This document shows positions 54,902 to 64,000 of a DNA stretch of 64,000 nt, piece by piece. The notes beneath the pieces were generated by a model. It was not told where the DNA came from and made no database searches. It was given only the letters and a program-made list of their open reading frames with translations. A program made the position numbers and the translations under genes. Position 1 is the first letter of the stretch, and every line of letters begins with the position of its first letter. This DNA comes from Bacteroidales bacterium UBA4788 (GTDB taxonomy: Bacteria > Bacteroidota > Bacteroidia > Bacteroidales > VadinHA17), in assembly GCA_002402965.1 (NCBI GenBank), contig DHGW01000070.1:19380-83379 (forward strand), written 5' to 3'.

Positions 54902-55414
54902 ATGAAATTGCCATCCACATCAGATGTCATTGCAGGTCTAGGCAGCAACCTCGGAGACAAATTTGCCGCCCTTGGACGTGCCATGGAGCTGATCAGGGAG
55001 GAGGCGGGGGAGATAACCGCCGCCTCGTCGGTCTGGGAGACAGAGCCGTGGGGATTTGACGCTGACGAGCAGTTTCTGAACATAGTGGTGGTTATACGGA
55101 CTGCCCTTCAGCCGGGCAGGCTGATGCAGCTTTTCAGGTCTATTGAAGGGCGCATGGGACGAAAACGCAGCGGCGGGGGAAGGTATGAGTCGCGCATTAT
55201 CGACCTTGACATACTGTTATGGGAAAGCCGGGTCATCACCATGCCGGGCCTGGAGGTGCCGCATCCGAAGCTCGCGTCAAGACGGTTTGTGCTTGAGCCC
55301 TTCGCGGAGGTGGCTCCGGACGCCGTTCACCCGGTGACGGGACTGACAGTGGCTGAGATGCTTCAGCTCTGTGACGACCGGTCTGATGTCAGGCTGGCTG
55401 CCAGACAGTTTTAA
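54902..55414 (+). CDS. folK: 2-amino-4-hydroxy-6-hydroxymethyldihydropteridine diphosphokinase
   Basis: GLGSNLGD, ETEPWG, RIIDLDIL, VPHPKLASRRFVLEP motifs. Confidence 0.9.
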   Translation: MKLPSTSDVIAGLGSNLGDKFAALGRAMELIREEAGEITAASSVWETEPWGFDADEQFLNIVVVIRTALQPGRLMQLFRSIEGRMGRKRSGGGRYESRIIDLDILLWESRVITMPGLEVPHPKLASRRFVLEPFAEVAPDAVHPVTGLTVAEMLQLCDDRSDVRLAARQF

Positions 55415-56094
55415 AGCGCCCCGTTGTCAGCGAAACTGTAATAATCCTTTCCCGCAACTATCAGGTGATCAAGGAGCTGAATATCCATCAGTGCTCCCGC
55501 CTCCTTAATCTTCTGCGTAATGCGGATATCGGAGTCGCTCGGACTGGTGTTTCCTGAAGGATGGTTGTGGCAGATGACCAGTCCTGATGCAAGGGTCTCA
55601 ATCGCCTTTTTCATTACAATGCGGACGTCGGTCACTGTACCGCTGACACCTCCCTGGCTGATCTTCATTCTTCCGGTGACACGGTTGGCCCTGTTGAGGA
55701 AGAGAATCCAGAACTCCTCATGGGGCAGGTCTTCCATCAGGGGGCTGATGATGCTGAAAACATCTGCTGAAGAGCGTATCTGTGGATTTTCGGAAGCTTC
55801 GGCTATTTTTCGTCGCCGCCCGAGTTCCAGGGCGGCTGCGATTGTGACAGCTTTTGCTTCACCCATGCCCTTGATTTTGCGTATCTCGCCAGCGCTGAGT
55901 TTCCCCAGCTGACCGAGTGAGTTGCCGGCCATGGCCAGCAGTTCGCGTGCCAGGTCCAGGGCGGAGTTGTTCCTGATTCCTGATCCGATAAGAATAGCTA
56001 ACAGCTCAGCATCGCTGAGGCTTGACGGGCCCTTGTTCCAGAGCCGTTCACGGGGTCTGTCCTCGACAGCCCAGTCAGTGATTTTCATTGACAT
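55411..56094 (-). CDS. radC: RadC-family JAB/MPN-domain protein
   Basis: DRPRERL N-terminus, HhH (IKGMGEAKA). JAMM motif HNHPSGNTSPSDSD. Confidence 0.85.
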   Translation of the reverse strand: MSMKITDWAVEDRPRERLWNKGPSSLSDAELLAILIGSGIRNNSALDLARELLAMAGNSLGQLGKLSAGEIRKIKGMGEAKAVTIAAALELGRRRKIAEASENPQIRSSADVFSIISPLMEDLPHEEFWILFLNRANRVTGRMKISQGGVSGTVTDVRIVMKKAIETLASGLVICHNHPSGNTSPSDSDIRITQKIKEAGALMDIQLLDHLIVAGKDYYSFADNGAL

Positions 56095-56124
56095 GCAGCA
56101 AAACGTATTATCCCGCTGCAATAT

Positions 56125-56159
56125 AAAAAAAACAGCCGTCACCAGGAAGTGACGGCTGT
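56125..56159 (-). terminator. Rho-independent terminator after rpsT
   Basis: acagccgtcac/gtgacggctgt forms an 11-bp stem with a 6-nt loop. The A8 run on the plus strand gives a U-tract on the minus strand. Confidence 0.7.
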
Positions 56160-56179
56160 GAAATATTAGGAGTAGAACC

Positions 56180-56434
56180 CTATTTCAGGCTCTGAGCGTG
56201 TTTCGTTATGGAAGATTTGAGGTTGGATGCCTTGTTCTTGTGGATTACATTCTTCTTTGCCAGCTTGTCAAGGACGGCACTGAGTTCAGGCAGCATCTTG
56301 TCAGCCTCAGCCTTATCGGTTGTCTTGCGCATCTTTTTGAGGGCATTGCGCATTGTGCGGGCGTAGTACTTGTTGTCTTCCTTCCTTGCCTCTGCCTGTC
56401 TTGCGGCTTTGAGTGCCGATTTATGGTTAGCCAT
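56180..56434 (-). CDS. rpsT: 30S ribosomal protein S20
   Basis: [18 protein letters not shown]... 84 aa, basic and helical. Confidence 0.95.
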   Translation of the reverse strand: MANHKSALKAARQAEARKEDNKYYARTMRNALKKMRKTTDKAEADKMLPELSAVLDKLAKKNVIHKNKASNLKSSITKHAQSLK

Positions 56435-56457
56435 AATTTCTGTTTATGTGTATTTCG

Positions 56458-56529
56458 TAGTCCATAGGGGAATCGAACCCCTGTTACCAGGATGAAAACC
56501 TGACGTCCTAACCACTAGACGAATGGACC
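56458..56529 (-). tRNA. tRNA-Glu (anticodon UUC)
   Basis: The reverse complement GGTCCATTCGTCTAGTGGTTAGGACGTCAGGTTTTCATCCTGGTAACAGGGGTTCGATTCCCCTATGGACTA folds as a cloverleaf. Anticodon loop TTTTCAT. Confidence 0.95.
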
Positions 56530-56546
56530 TTAAAGAACTTAAAAAA

Positions 56547-56621
56547 GCGGATGCAAAGATGGAGCCTTTTTTTTTAACTGCAAAATATTTTTCAAAAAAA
56601 TAGTTCCGGCTTTGCATCCGC
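56547..56621 (-). repeat. 12-bp perfect inverted repeat (gcggatgcaaag / ctttgcatccgc) with a 51-nt spacer, between the OMP gene and tRNA-Glu
   Basis: The arms at 56547-56558 and 56610-56621 are exact reverse complements. On the minus strand the structure is followed by T6. It could be a terminator for the upstream OMP gene or a promoter-embedding structure. Confidence 0.5.
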
Positions 56622-56646
56622 CATTATATGGGGGTGTCGATATCTC

Positions 56647-57114
56647 CTAAAAGACGTACCTTACGTAGAAGCCTCCGTTCCAGTATGACCATCCCGGCCC
56701 GCTAGTGAGCTGGAAGGAGGGTCCTACTCCGAGACCTAAGTTAAGAGGTATATCATCCAGCGTATATTCAAGCCCGATGATGCCGTCTACACCTATCAGG
56801 ATGCCTGTACCGTAATCATCCTTGTAATAATCATTCCAAAAGCCAAGATGAGCTCCGGGTCCAATGAACCAGTCGAGGTTAGGTGTCCAGTCAGTCGGAT
56901 ACTGCCACTCGTAAAAACCGGTTATAACGAAGTTGTGACCCCAGTATCCGGTACCGGCTATAAGTTCAAGGGCATTAGTGCTGTTAATGAATGTTTTGAA
57001 GGTTATACCTGAGGGATCACCGCCCCTGAGGCCGATAGCTGATTTGTAACTCTGAGCCTGTGCACCGAATGTAAGTGCAGCAAGTAATAGTAAGATAGTC
57101 AGTGTTCTTTTCAT
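56647..57114 (-). CDS. Small outer-membrane beta-barrel protein
   Basis: Signal peptide ...AALTFGAQAQ. Gly/aromatic-rich alternating strands. C-terminal YVRYVF. Confidence 0.7.
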   Translation of the reverse strand: MKRTLTILLLLAALTFGAQAQSYKSAIGLRGGDPSGITFKTFINSTNALELIAGTGYWGHNFVITGFYEWQYPTDWTPNLDWFIGPGAHLGFWNDYYKDDYGTGILIGVDGIIGLEYTLDDIPLNLGLGVGPSFQLTSGPGWSYWNGGFYVRYVF

Positions 57115-57188
57115 AATATTGAAATTTAATTTGTGATAATGCTCTCATGCAAATTTACAACAAACTAACGGATTTGGCCCGTTTTTGT

Positions 57189-57998
57189 TTATTTGAAGAG
57201 TAACAGACTAAGTGCCATCACTGCCATTCCCGACACCAGTCCGTAGATCGAGAGATGGTGTTCCCCGTATTTCTCGGCTGCCGGCAGAAGCTCATCGAGC
57301 GATATGAACACCATGATCCCTGCCACGAAGCAGAATAGCCCTCCCATCAGTGAATCTGTCATCAGCGGAAGCAGCAGCAGGTACCCGGCAAGGGCTCCCA
57401 CCGGTTCCGCGATGCCGCTCAGGAAGGAGAGCCTGAATGCCTTTCGCTTGCTTCCGGTGGCATAATAGATCGGTACCGAAACGGCGATGCCTTCCGGGAT
57501 GTTGTGAATAGCCACGGCCACCGCAATGGCTATACCTATTTTCGGGTCAGAGAGGGCTGCAGTGAAGGTCGCAAGTCCTTCCGGGAAGTTGTGTATCCCG
57601 ATTGCCAGGGCGGTCATTGTACCCATTCGAAGCAGTTTACCGCTTCTGGCCTCCTCTTCTCCCCCTTCTATTTTTCTGGCCTCGTGAGGGTTCTCCTGTG
57701 ACGGTATGAGCCTGTCAATGATACCTATGAGAGCTATGCCGCCAAAGAAGGCCAGGACTGACACCCACCACCCCTGGCGATCACCCATGGCGACGGTCAG
57801 AACCTCCCGTCCCTTTACGAAGATCTCAACGAAGGCAACATAGATCATCACCCCGGCGGAAAAGCCAAGGCTGATAGTCAGAAACTTCGTGTTTGTCCTT
57901 TTGGCAAAGAAGGCGATTGTGCTTCCCACACCCGTCGCGAGACCGGCAAAAAGCGTCAGTCCAAAGGCAAACAATATGGTGTTGAAGTCGGGGTTCAT
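57189..57998 (-). CDS. zupT: ZIP-family zinc transporter ZupT
   Basis: [10 protein letters not shown] and [11 protein letters not shown] metal-binding motifs. 269 aa, about 8 TM. Confidence 0.9.
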   Translation of the reverse strand: MNPDFNTILFAFGLTLFAGLATGVGSTIAFFAKRTNTKFLTISLGFSAGVMIYVAFVEIFVKGREVLTVAMGDRQGWWVSVLAFFGGIALIGIIDRLIPSQENPHEARKIEGGEEEARSGKLLRMGTMTALAIGIHNFPEGLATFTAALSDPKIGIAIAVAVAIHNIPEGIAVSVPIYYATGSKRKAFRLSFLSGIAEPVGALAGYLLLLPLMTDSLMGGLFCFVAGIMVFISLDELLPAAEKYGEHHLSIYGLVSGMAVMALSLLLFK

Positions 57999-58074
57999 TG
58001 GTAACCGTACCGTTCTGAATCACCTGTCAAAAATACCAAAATTGGTTATCTTGCAGCCGTTAAGATGGCGTAAA

Positions 58075-58914
58075 ATGAAAATATCTCTTTTCAATATATC
58101 AAACTTCAGGGTAGACGGGGGTGCTATGTTCGGGGTTATTCCCAAAGCTCTCTGGAGCCGGCAGATCATGGCAGACGAAAACAATACGGTTGACCTCTCC
58201 CTCACCACCCTCATTGTGGAAACAGGGGGCAGGGTGATACTCGTGGATGCAGGGTGGGGCGACAAGCAGGATGAGAAGTTCTTCCGTCATGCTTACCTCC
58301 ACGGTGGCTCGGGGCTCACTGGCGGGCTGGCGGGGTGCGGGTACAGGCCGGAGGATGTCACCGATGTGATTATCACCCACCTGCATGCCGACCATTGCGG
58401 AGGTTGTTTCCTTAACGCACCGGGAGGGGGACAGGCTCCTCTTTTCCCCGATGCAACCTACCATATCAGCCGTGAGCAGTGGGAGTGGGCTAATGAGTCA
58501 AATCTCCGCGAGGAGGATGCCTTTCTCCCTGAGAACATAAAACCCTTCGGGGAGAGCGGCATGCTTAACCTCATTGAGGAGAACAGCGAACTTTGCCCGG
58601 GAGTGACGCTGAAACTCTTTTACGGCCACACTCCGGGGCTTATGCTGCCGGAGATTGATTTCAACGGGAAGAAGCTGTTCTATGCAGGCGACCTCTTTCC
58701 TACGACCGCTCATATACCATTGCTCTGGAACATGGCATACGATCTCCTCCCGCTTGTAACCATTGCCGAAAAGCAGGAGATACTGACTGAGGCGCTGCAC
58801 AATGACCACCTGATCATCTTTCAGCATGATCCTGTGACGGAGTGCTGTGCACTTACGGAAACGCCAAAGGGAATCAGGGCGGGGAAGAAAGGAAAGCTTT
58901 CAGATTTCCTTTAG
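58075..58914 (+). CDS. MBL-fold metallo-hydrolase
   Basis: ITHLHADHCGG (HxHxDH). The ATG at 58075 (MKISLFNISNFRVDGGAMFG) avoids overlap with zupT. Confidence 0.85.
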   Translation: MKISLFNISNFRVDGGAMFGVIPKALWSRQIMADENNTVDLSLTTLIVETGGRVILVDAGWGDKQDEKFFRHAYLHGGSGLTGGLAGCGYRPEDVTDVIITHLHADHCGGCFLNAPGGGQAPLFPDATYHISREQWEWANESNLREEDAFLPENIKPFGESGMLNLIEENSELCPGVTLKLFYGHTPGLMLPEIDFNGKKLFYAGDLFPTTAHIPLLWNMAYDLLPLVTIAEKQEILTEALHNDHLIIFQHDPVTECCALTETPKGIRAGKKGKLSDFL

Positions 58915-58969
58915 CAGAACTACAGGCTGACCGGCCGACGGAAGCCTTATTTAACCGGCAGAGCAGCAA

Positions 58970-59983
58970 TCACTTTACTGACGATGAACCCCGGATCACC
59001 AGTTCGGACGTGATAACCTTGTTCTGAATGGGTCCCCTGGGTTTTTCTATGCGGTCAATCAGCAGCCTGGCAGCTTCCTGCCCCATCTCAAATCCTTTCT
59101 GGTCAACGGACGTAAGACCAGGGTCAGTGAGGGTGGCAATCTGGCTGTTGGTGAACCCTACAACGGCTATATCCTCAGGTATCCTGAGTCCGTGACGCTT
59201 TATGATCATCATTGACTGTGCCGCAGTAAGGTCATTGACTGCAAAGAAAGCCTCGGGCCTGGGTGTACGTTCCAGCATTGCCGGTATCATCCTCTCGGCG
59301 CTTTCGATGTCATCGCATCTCAGGATATCATCCACGGAAGGAGTGAGCCTGTATTCCTTCATCGCTTTGAGGTAGCCCTCCAGTCTGTGGCGTGCAATGG
59401 CAAGCTGCGGGGGACCGGAGAGATGCACAATGCGTTTCTTCCCTGTCCGCAGGAGATGGATCACTGCCTTGTAGGCGCCGGTCTCATCGTCAATGACGAC
59501 GCTGTCAGTCCTGAGCTCTTCTACTGCCCGGTCAAAGAAGACGAGAGGGATATCCTTATCCAGGATGCTCCTGTAATGCCTGTAATCAGTGGTGGTCTTC
59601 GCCACTGAGGCCAGTATGCCGTCAACGCGGCTGGAAAGAAGTGTCCTGATGTTCTTCAATTCATGCTCCCATAACTCGTTGCTCTGGCAGAGGATCATGT
59701 TGTAGTCACGCTGGTAAACCACATCCTCAATGCCGCTGATAACCGTTGAGAAGAAGTAGTGTACCACGTCTGGTATTATCACGCCGATAGTCTTCGATGA
59801 GCCGCTTTTAAGGCTCAGTGCAATAGGGTTGGGCCTGTAGTTCCAGCGTTCGGCAAGCTCATTCACGGCATCCCGGGTTGCCTGGCTTATGTCAGGGTGA
59901 TCCTTGAGGGCCCTGGAGACTGTTGAGGGTGATATCCCCAACTCGCGGGCGATATCCTTTATGGTTATGTTTTCTCTGCCCAT
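58970..59983 (-). CDS. LacI-family transcriptional regulator
   Basis: HTH ITIKDIARELGISPSTVSRALKDHP, followed by a periplasmic-binding-protein-like sugar-binding fold. The ATG at 59983 is preferred. Confidence 0.9.
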   Translation of the reverse strand: MGRENITIKDIARELGISPSTVSRALKDHPDISQATRDAVNELAERWNYRPNPIALSLKSGSSKTIGVIIPDVVHYFFSTVISGIEDVVYQRDYNMILCQSNELWEHELKNIRTLLSSRVDGILASVAKTTTDYRHYRSILDKDIPLVFFDRAVEELRTDSVVIDDETGAYKAVIHLLRTGKKRIVHLSGPPQLAIARHRLEGYLKAMKEYRLTPSVDDILRCDDIESAERMIPAMLERTPRPEAFFAVNDLTAAQSMMIIKRHGLRIPEDIAVVGFTNSQIATLTDPGLTSVDQKGFEMGQEAARLLIDRIEKPRGPIQNKVITSELVIRGSSSVK

Positions 59984-60062
59984 CTTTGGGAATGCTGATA
60001 CGTGTAAAGATAAAAAAAAATCACTTACAAAATTGGCCTCAGGAATTACCATATGCCCAATT

Positions 60063-60072
60063 CAAACGTTTG
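60063..60072. promoter_or_regulatory. Candidate LacI-family operator core (perfect palindrome CAAACGTTTG)
   Basis: A CG-centred 10-bp palindrome in the divergent LacI/SusC intergenic region. A second CG-centred half-like site, GGTAACGATTGC, follows immediately. Confidence 0.4.
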
Positions 60073-60207
60073 CGGTAACGATTGCGTAAAAAAGCTGAAA
60101 AAGAGTTGGTTAACTCTGAAAAAAGATCGATTTTTATCATCCCAAACCTGGATAAATAATTTAGCAATAATAACATTTTTGAAAACTGCAATTAAACTAA
60201 TCTATTT

Positions 60208-63165
60208 ATGGAGAAACTAACTGGAAAACGGCTCTTCATGCTGACCTTCGGCATAATGATGAGTCTTGTTGTCTTCGGGCAACAGGTAAGAGTGTCAGGT
60301 ACAGTTACCGATGCGGCTGACAGGCAGACGTTACCCGGAGTTAACGTCGTCGTTAAGGGCACGCTTACGGGAACAATTACCGGCATTGACGGGGAATACT
60401 CCCTGATGGCTAAGCCCGGGGATATTCTTGTGTTCACCTTCATCGGGTACCTGCCGCAGGAGGTCCCCGTAGGTGAAGGAAATATCATCAACGTGGCAAT
60501 GCGCACTGATGTCCAGGCCCTCGACGAGGTGGTTGTCATCGGTTACGGTACCGTCAAGAAGAGTGATGCCACGGGGTCCGTGTCAGCAGTAAGCTCAAAG
60601 GACTTCAACAAGGGTGCCATTACCTCAGCGCAGGATCTGCTGGTTGGTAAGAGCGCCGGTGTGGTCATCACCACCGCCGGCGGTGCACCGGGCAGCGGCT
60701 CGACGATTCGCGTGCGCGGAGGTTCCTCACTTAACGCCTCCAACGACCCGCTGATCATCATCGACGGTGTCCCCATTGACAACAAGAATGTTTCAGGAAG
60801 CTCCAACCTCCTGTCATTTGTAAACCCGAATGACATCGAGACCTTCACAGTGCTGAAGGACGCTTCCGCAACAGCCATCTACGGCTCAAGGGCATCAAAC
60901 GGTGTCATCCTGATCACCACCAAGAAAGGAAAGGCCGGCACTCCGTTGACGGTCTCATATGACGGCAACGTCTCTGTGGCCAACGCCATTGCATTTGTCG
61001 ACGTGTTTTCAGGCGACGAGATAAGGCAGCTCGCACTTGATAAGGCCAACCTTTTCGGAATAGACAACCTGAACCTTCTCGGCACAGAGAACACCAACTG
61101 GCAGAAGGAGGTCTTCCGCACGGCAGTCTCCCATGACCATAACCTGAGCATTGCCGGCTCTGTCAGTTCACTCCCCTACCGACTCTCTGTGGGATACACT
61201 GATCAGAACGGTATCCTTAAGAATACTGACATGCAGCGTTTCACTGGTTCACTCAACCTTAATCCCACATTCTTCAACGACGCACTGAAAGTCAATGTCA
61301 ACCTCAAGGGGATGAACAACCATCATAACTTTGGTGACAGCGGAGCAATCGGATCAGCAGTGAATATGGATCCCACCCAGGTCATTAAGGACGGAAGCGC
61401 TAATTATGACGGTTACTTCCAGTGGGCTAACTATGGAGCTAACCTCGGAACACCCAACCCCGTTGAACAGGCGCTTTCAGTTGACAACAGGTCGGTGGTC
61501 AACCGGGTCATAGGAAACATCCAGTTGGACTACACACTTCCTTTCCTGCCGGAGCTGAGAGCCAACCTCAACCTGGCAACAGACTATGCAACAAGTGTCG
61601 GCCACAATAACCGCCCGAAAACATCGCCATCAGTCCTTACCTCCCCGCTTTACGGCAGGATTTCAGATTACAGCGGAAACAACTACAACAACCTGCTTGA
61701 CTTTTACCTTAATTACAATAAGGACCTGACCAGTATCAACAGTGTTCTCGATGTCACTGCAGGATACTCATGGCAGCACTTCGAGAGGAATGGCGAAACC
61801 TATACCCGCAGCCGGGTTGATGCTGAGCATCCTCTTTACCAGAAATCAGACAGCTCATCATTCGTGACCGAGAACTACCTCGTTTCGTTCTTTGGCCGTG
61901 TCAACTATACGCTGGCCGGCAAATACCTGTTTACCTTCACTCTCCGCGAGGACGGTTCATCACGGTTTGCCGAAAACAACCGCTGGGGTACCTTCCCGTC
62001 AGTGGCTCTGGCATGGAAGATCAAGGACGAATCATTCCTGAAGAATGTCAAAGCCATCACAGACCTTAAGCTCAGGCTTGGCTGGGGTGTCACAGGTCAG
62101 CAGGACATCGGTAATGACTATCCTGCAATGGCTCTCTACCGTCAGTCATCAGAGGGATCATATTATTACATTGACGGGGAATTCGTCCCGACATTGAGGC
62201 CCGATGCCTATGACCCTGACATCAAGTGGGAAGAGACGACAACGCTTAACGCAGGTCTCGACTTCGGTTTTATCAATGACCGTATAACCGGTTCATTTGA
62301 TATCTATCAGAGAACAACGGATGATCTTCTTAACTCAGTCACCGTATCGAGCGGAAGCAACTTCTCGAACAGGCTGCTTACAAACGTTGGCAGTCTTGAA
62401 AACAGAGGTGCTGAACTCGCACTGAACTTTATACCGGTATCCACCAATGACATGCTTTTCTCGATCGGCTTCAATGCCACTTACAACGTTAACAAGATAA
62501 CGAAGCTTCTGCTTACGGATGATCCTGATTATATTGGCATAACCTACGGTGATGGCATGACCGGCACCAAGCAGGTGACAAGGGTCGGATATCCGGCATA
62601 CGCATTCTTTGTCAACCGTCAGGTATACGATGCAGCCGGCAATCCCATGGAGGGGCTTTATGTTGATGAGTCAGGCGAAGGTGGCGTGGTCGGCGGTGAC
62701 AATGCAGACAAGTACATATATCATAATCCTGTGGCGGACTATCTGCTAGGCCTCTCCGCCAGGTTCGAGTACAAGAACTTCGATCTGACCGCATCAGCCC
62801 GTGCCAGTATAGGCAACTATGTATACAACCAGGTTGCAGCAAGTGCATCATATGACCAGATGCAGCAAATCGGCTACTGGAAGAACTTTACCAGGGTGCT
62901 CGCAGAAACCAATTTTGTCAAGCGTCAGTACACAAGCGACTACTTTGTTGAGAATGCGTCATTCCTGAAGCTAGACAATGTCAGTGCAGGCTACAGTTTT
63001 GACAATCTCTTCGGAGCTGTAGGTGCCCGGGTCAGTGCCACTGTTCAGAATGCGCTGATACTTACAAAGTATAGCGGTCTTGACCCCGAGGTCTCAGGCG
63101 GTATTGACAACAACTTCTACCCGAGGCCCCGCACCTTCATGCTCGGTATAGGGCTTACCTTCTAA
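60208..63165 (+). CDS. SusC/RagA-family TonB-dependent receptor
   Basis: VSGTVTDAADRQTLPGVNVVVKGT, LDEVVVIGYGT TonB box. 985 aa. C-terminal MLGIGLTF. Confidence 0.95.
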   Translation: MEKLTGKRLFMLTFGIMMSLVVFGQQVRVSGTVTDAADRQTLPGVNVVVKGTLTGTITGIDGEYSLMAKPGDILVFTFIGYLPQEVPVGEGNIINVAMRTDVQALDEVVVIGYGTVKKSDATGSVSAVSSKDFNKGAITSAQDLLVGKSAGVVITTAGGAPGSGSTIRVRGGSSLNASNDPLIIIDGVPIDNKNVSGSSNLLSFVNPNDIETFTVLKDASATAIYGSRASNGVILITTKKGKAGTPLTVSYDGNVSVANAIAFVDVFSGDEIRQLALDKANLFGIDNLNLLGTENTNWQKEVFRTAVSHDHNLSIAGSVSSLPYRLSVGYTDQNGILKNTDMQRFTGSLNLNPTFFNDALKVNVNLKGMNNHHNFGDSGAIGSAVNMDPTQVIKDGSANYDGYFQWANYGANLGTPNPVEQALSVDNRSVVNRVIGNIQLDYTLPFLPELRANLNLATDYATSVGHNNRPKTSPSVLTSPLYGRISDYSGNNYNNLLDFYLNYNKDLTSINSVLDVTAGYSWQHFERNGETYTRSRVDAEHPLYQKSDSSSFVTENYLVSFFGRVNYTLAGKYLFTFTLREDGSSRFAENNRWGTFPSVALAWKIKDESFLKNVKAITDLKLRLGWGVTGQQDIGNDYPAMALYRQSSEGSYYYIDGEFVPTLRPDAYDPDIKWEETTTLNAGLDFGFINDRITGSFDIYQRTTDDLLNSVTVSSGSNFSNRLLTNVGSLENRGAELALNFIPVSTNDMLFSIGFNATYNVNKITKLLLTDDPDYIGITYGDGMTGTKQVTRVGYPAYAFFVNRQVYDAAGNPMEGLYVDESGEGGVVGGDNADKYIYHNPVADYLLGLSARFEYKNFDLTASARASIGNYVYNQVAASASYDQMQQIGYWKNFTRVLAETNFVKRQYTSDYFVENASFLKLDNVSAGYSFDNLFGAVGARVSATVQNALILTKYSGLDPEVSGGIDNNFYPRPRTFMLGIGLTF

Positions 63166-63185
63166 TAAAATAACGATAAGCAGAT

Positions 63186-64000
63186 ATGAACAAGAAGATT
63201 ATAATATTCGGAATTATACTTTCAGCGCTGATGATTTCATCATGCGTGAAGGATCTGGATGTCACCCCGCAGGACCCGACAAAAATCCTTGCCGGCAACC
63301 TGAATGACGATCCCGTGTACATGAAACAAGCCCTCGCCAAGATATATGCCAGTTTCATCATCTCAGGGCAGGGGTCCAACGGTGGTGCTGATATTGCAGC
63401 ATCAGACGAAAACTTCTTTACCACGATGAGGGCTCTCTGGAACCTTCAGGAAATCACCACCGATGAGGCGATCTGTGCATGGACTGACGTCGGTATAGCT
63501 GACCTCAACACACAGACCTGGAGCCCGAGCAACTCATTCCTTACGGCTCTCTACCAGCGCCTGGCTCTCAGCATAACATACGCAAACGACTTCATAGTAA
63601 AGGCACAGGGAAACAGTGATCCTGATGTTGAAAGGTATGTTGCCGAGGCACGCTACCTCAGAGCTCTTGCATATTACTGGGCAATTGACCTCTTTGGGCA
63701 GTTCCCCTTCACCACTGAAGAAGACGGCGTGGGCAAGTTCTTCCCGAAAATCGGAACCAGGACTGAAATATTCAATTACATCGAAACAGAACTGCTGGAT
63801 TTAGAGAATAAGCTTGGTGCACCCAAATTCTCATACCCGCAGGCTGATCAGGCAGCTGCATGGATGCTTCTTGCCAGGCTTTATCTTAATGCAGAGGTTT
63901 ACACAGGCACTCCCAGGTGGGATGACTGCAAGGACTATTGCGACAAGGTTATAGGCAGCGGCAAGTATTCACTGGCCACAGATTACAGGCAGAATTTCAG
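63186..64000 (+). CDS. SusD/RagB-family lipoprotein, 3' end outside the window
   Basis: My own translation from the ATG at 63186: MNKKIIIFGIILSALMISSCVKDLDVTPQDP... with RALWNLQEITTDEAICAW and EARYLRALAYYWAIDLFG motifs. The frame is open to the window end, so it is absent from the ORF track. Confidence 0.9.
   Translation, partial: MNKKIIIFGIILSALMISSCVKDLDVTPQDPTKILAGNLNDDPVYMKQALAKIYASFIISGQGSNGGADIAASDENFFTTMRALWNLQEITTDEAICAWTDVGIADLNTQTWSPSNSFLTALYQRLALSITYANDFIVKAQGNSDPDVERYVAEARYLRALAYYWAIDLFGQFPFTTEEDGVGKFFPKIGTRTEIFNYIETELLDLENKLGAPKFSYPQADQAAAWMLLARLYLNAEVYTGTPRWDDCKDYCDKVIGSGKYSLATDYRQNF

Noticed and set aside
1-64000. Looked for CRISPR arrays, rRNA, tmRNA/RNase P/SRP RNA, riboswitches upstream of purD/asd/folK/zupT, integrases, reverse transcriptases, toxin-antitoxin pairs and known defence-system hallmarks
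   Set aside because: None was seen. There are no regularly spaced direct repeats. Intergenic regions upstream of the metabolic genes are too short (under 80 nt) for known riboswitches. The only mobile-element signature is the IS remnant.

Overview
This 64-kb segment reads as a Bacteroidota chromosome. It has three SusC/SusD pairs, T9SS C-terminal sorting domains, many lipoprotein signal peptides and TAnnTTTG-like promoter boxes. All family calls come from motif recognition by eye; no searches were run.

Layout:
1. 1-4.1 kb: tail of a DUF2723-type protein, a polysaccharide deacetylase, purD and a polytopic membrane protein.
2. 4.1-8.6 kb, minus strand: an operon with a TerB-like/ABCG-type fusion transporter and two unrecognisable secreted proteins.
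3. 8.7-22.8 kb: a pectin/rhamnogalacturonan PUL. It holds SusC, SusD, a DUF5123-like beta-helix lipoprotein, GH43, a CE12-GH28 fusion, PL1 and an unknown 587-aa GHSGGG protein. No regulator is linked to it.
4. 23.2-30.8 kb: a lipoprotein D-aminoacylase-like amidohydrolase divergent from a second SusC/SusD pair with no CAZymes, then a signal-peptide-bearing 1-Cys peroxiredoxin.
5. 30.8-39.5 kb: a T9SS cargo neighbourhood. It holds a GEVED protein with 5 x 86-aa repeats and a type-B CTD, a zinc-ribbon membrane protein, a PorT-like barrel, a Cys-rich mini-lipoprotein, and a CotH + LTD protein with a type-A CTD.
6. 39.6-44.9 kb: an AT-richer accessory patch with orphan ORFs, a glucosaminidase-domain protein, an internally deleted IS4/IS1634-like remnant and tRNA-Ala.
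7. 45-58.9 kb: housekeeping genes (TonB, hflX, asd, an LTD protein, PNP, lpxK, sppA, folK, radC, rpsT, tRNA-Glu, zupT, MBL hydrolase).
8. 58.9-64 kb: a LacI regulator and a third SusC/SusD pair that runs off the window.

I found no CRISPR array, rRNA, prophage or recognisable defence system. The best candidates for undescribed biology are the TerB-ABCG operon, the unknown esterase-like PUL protein, the glycosidase-free SusCD/aminoacylase locus and the T9SS cargo cluster.
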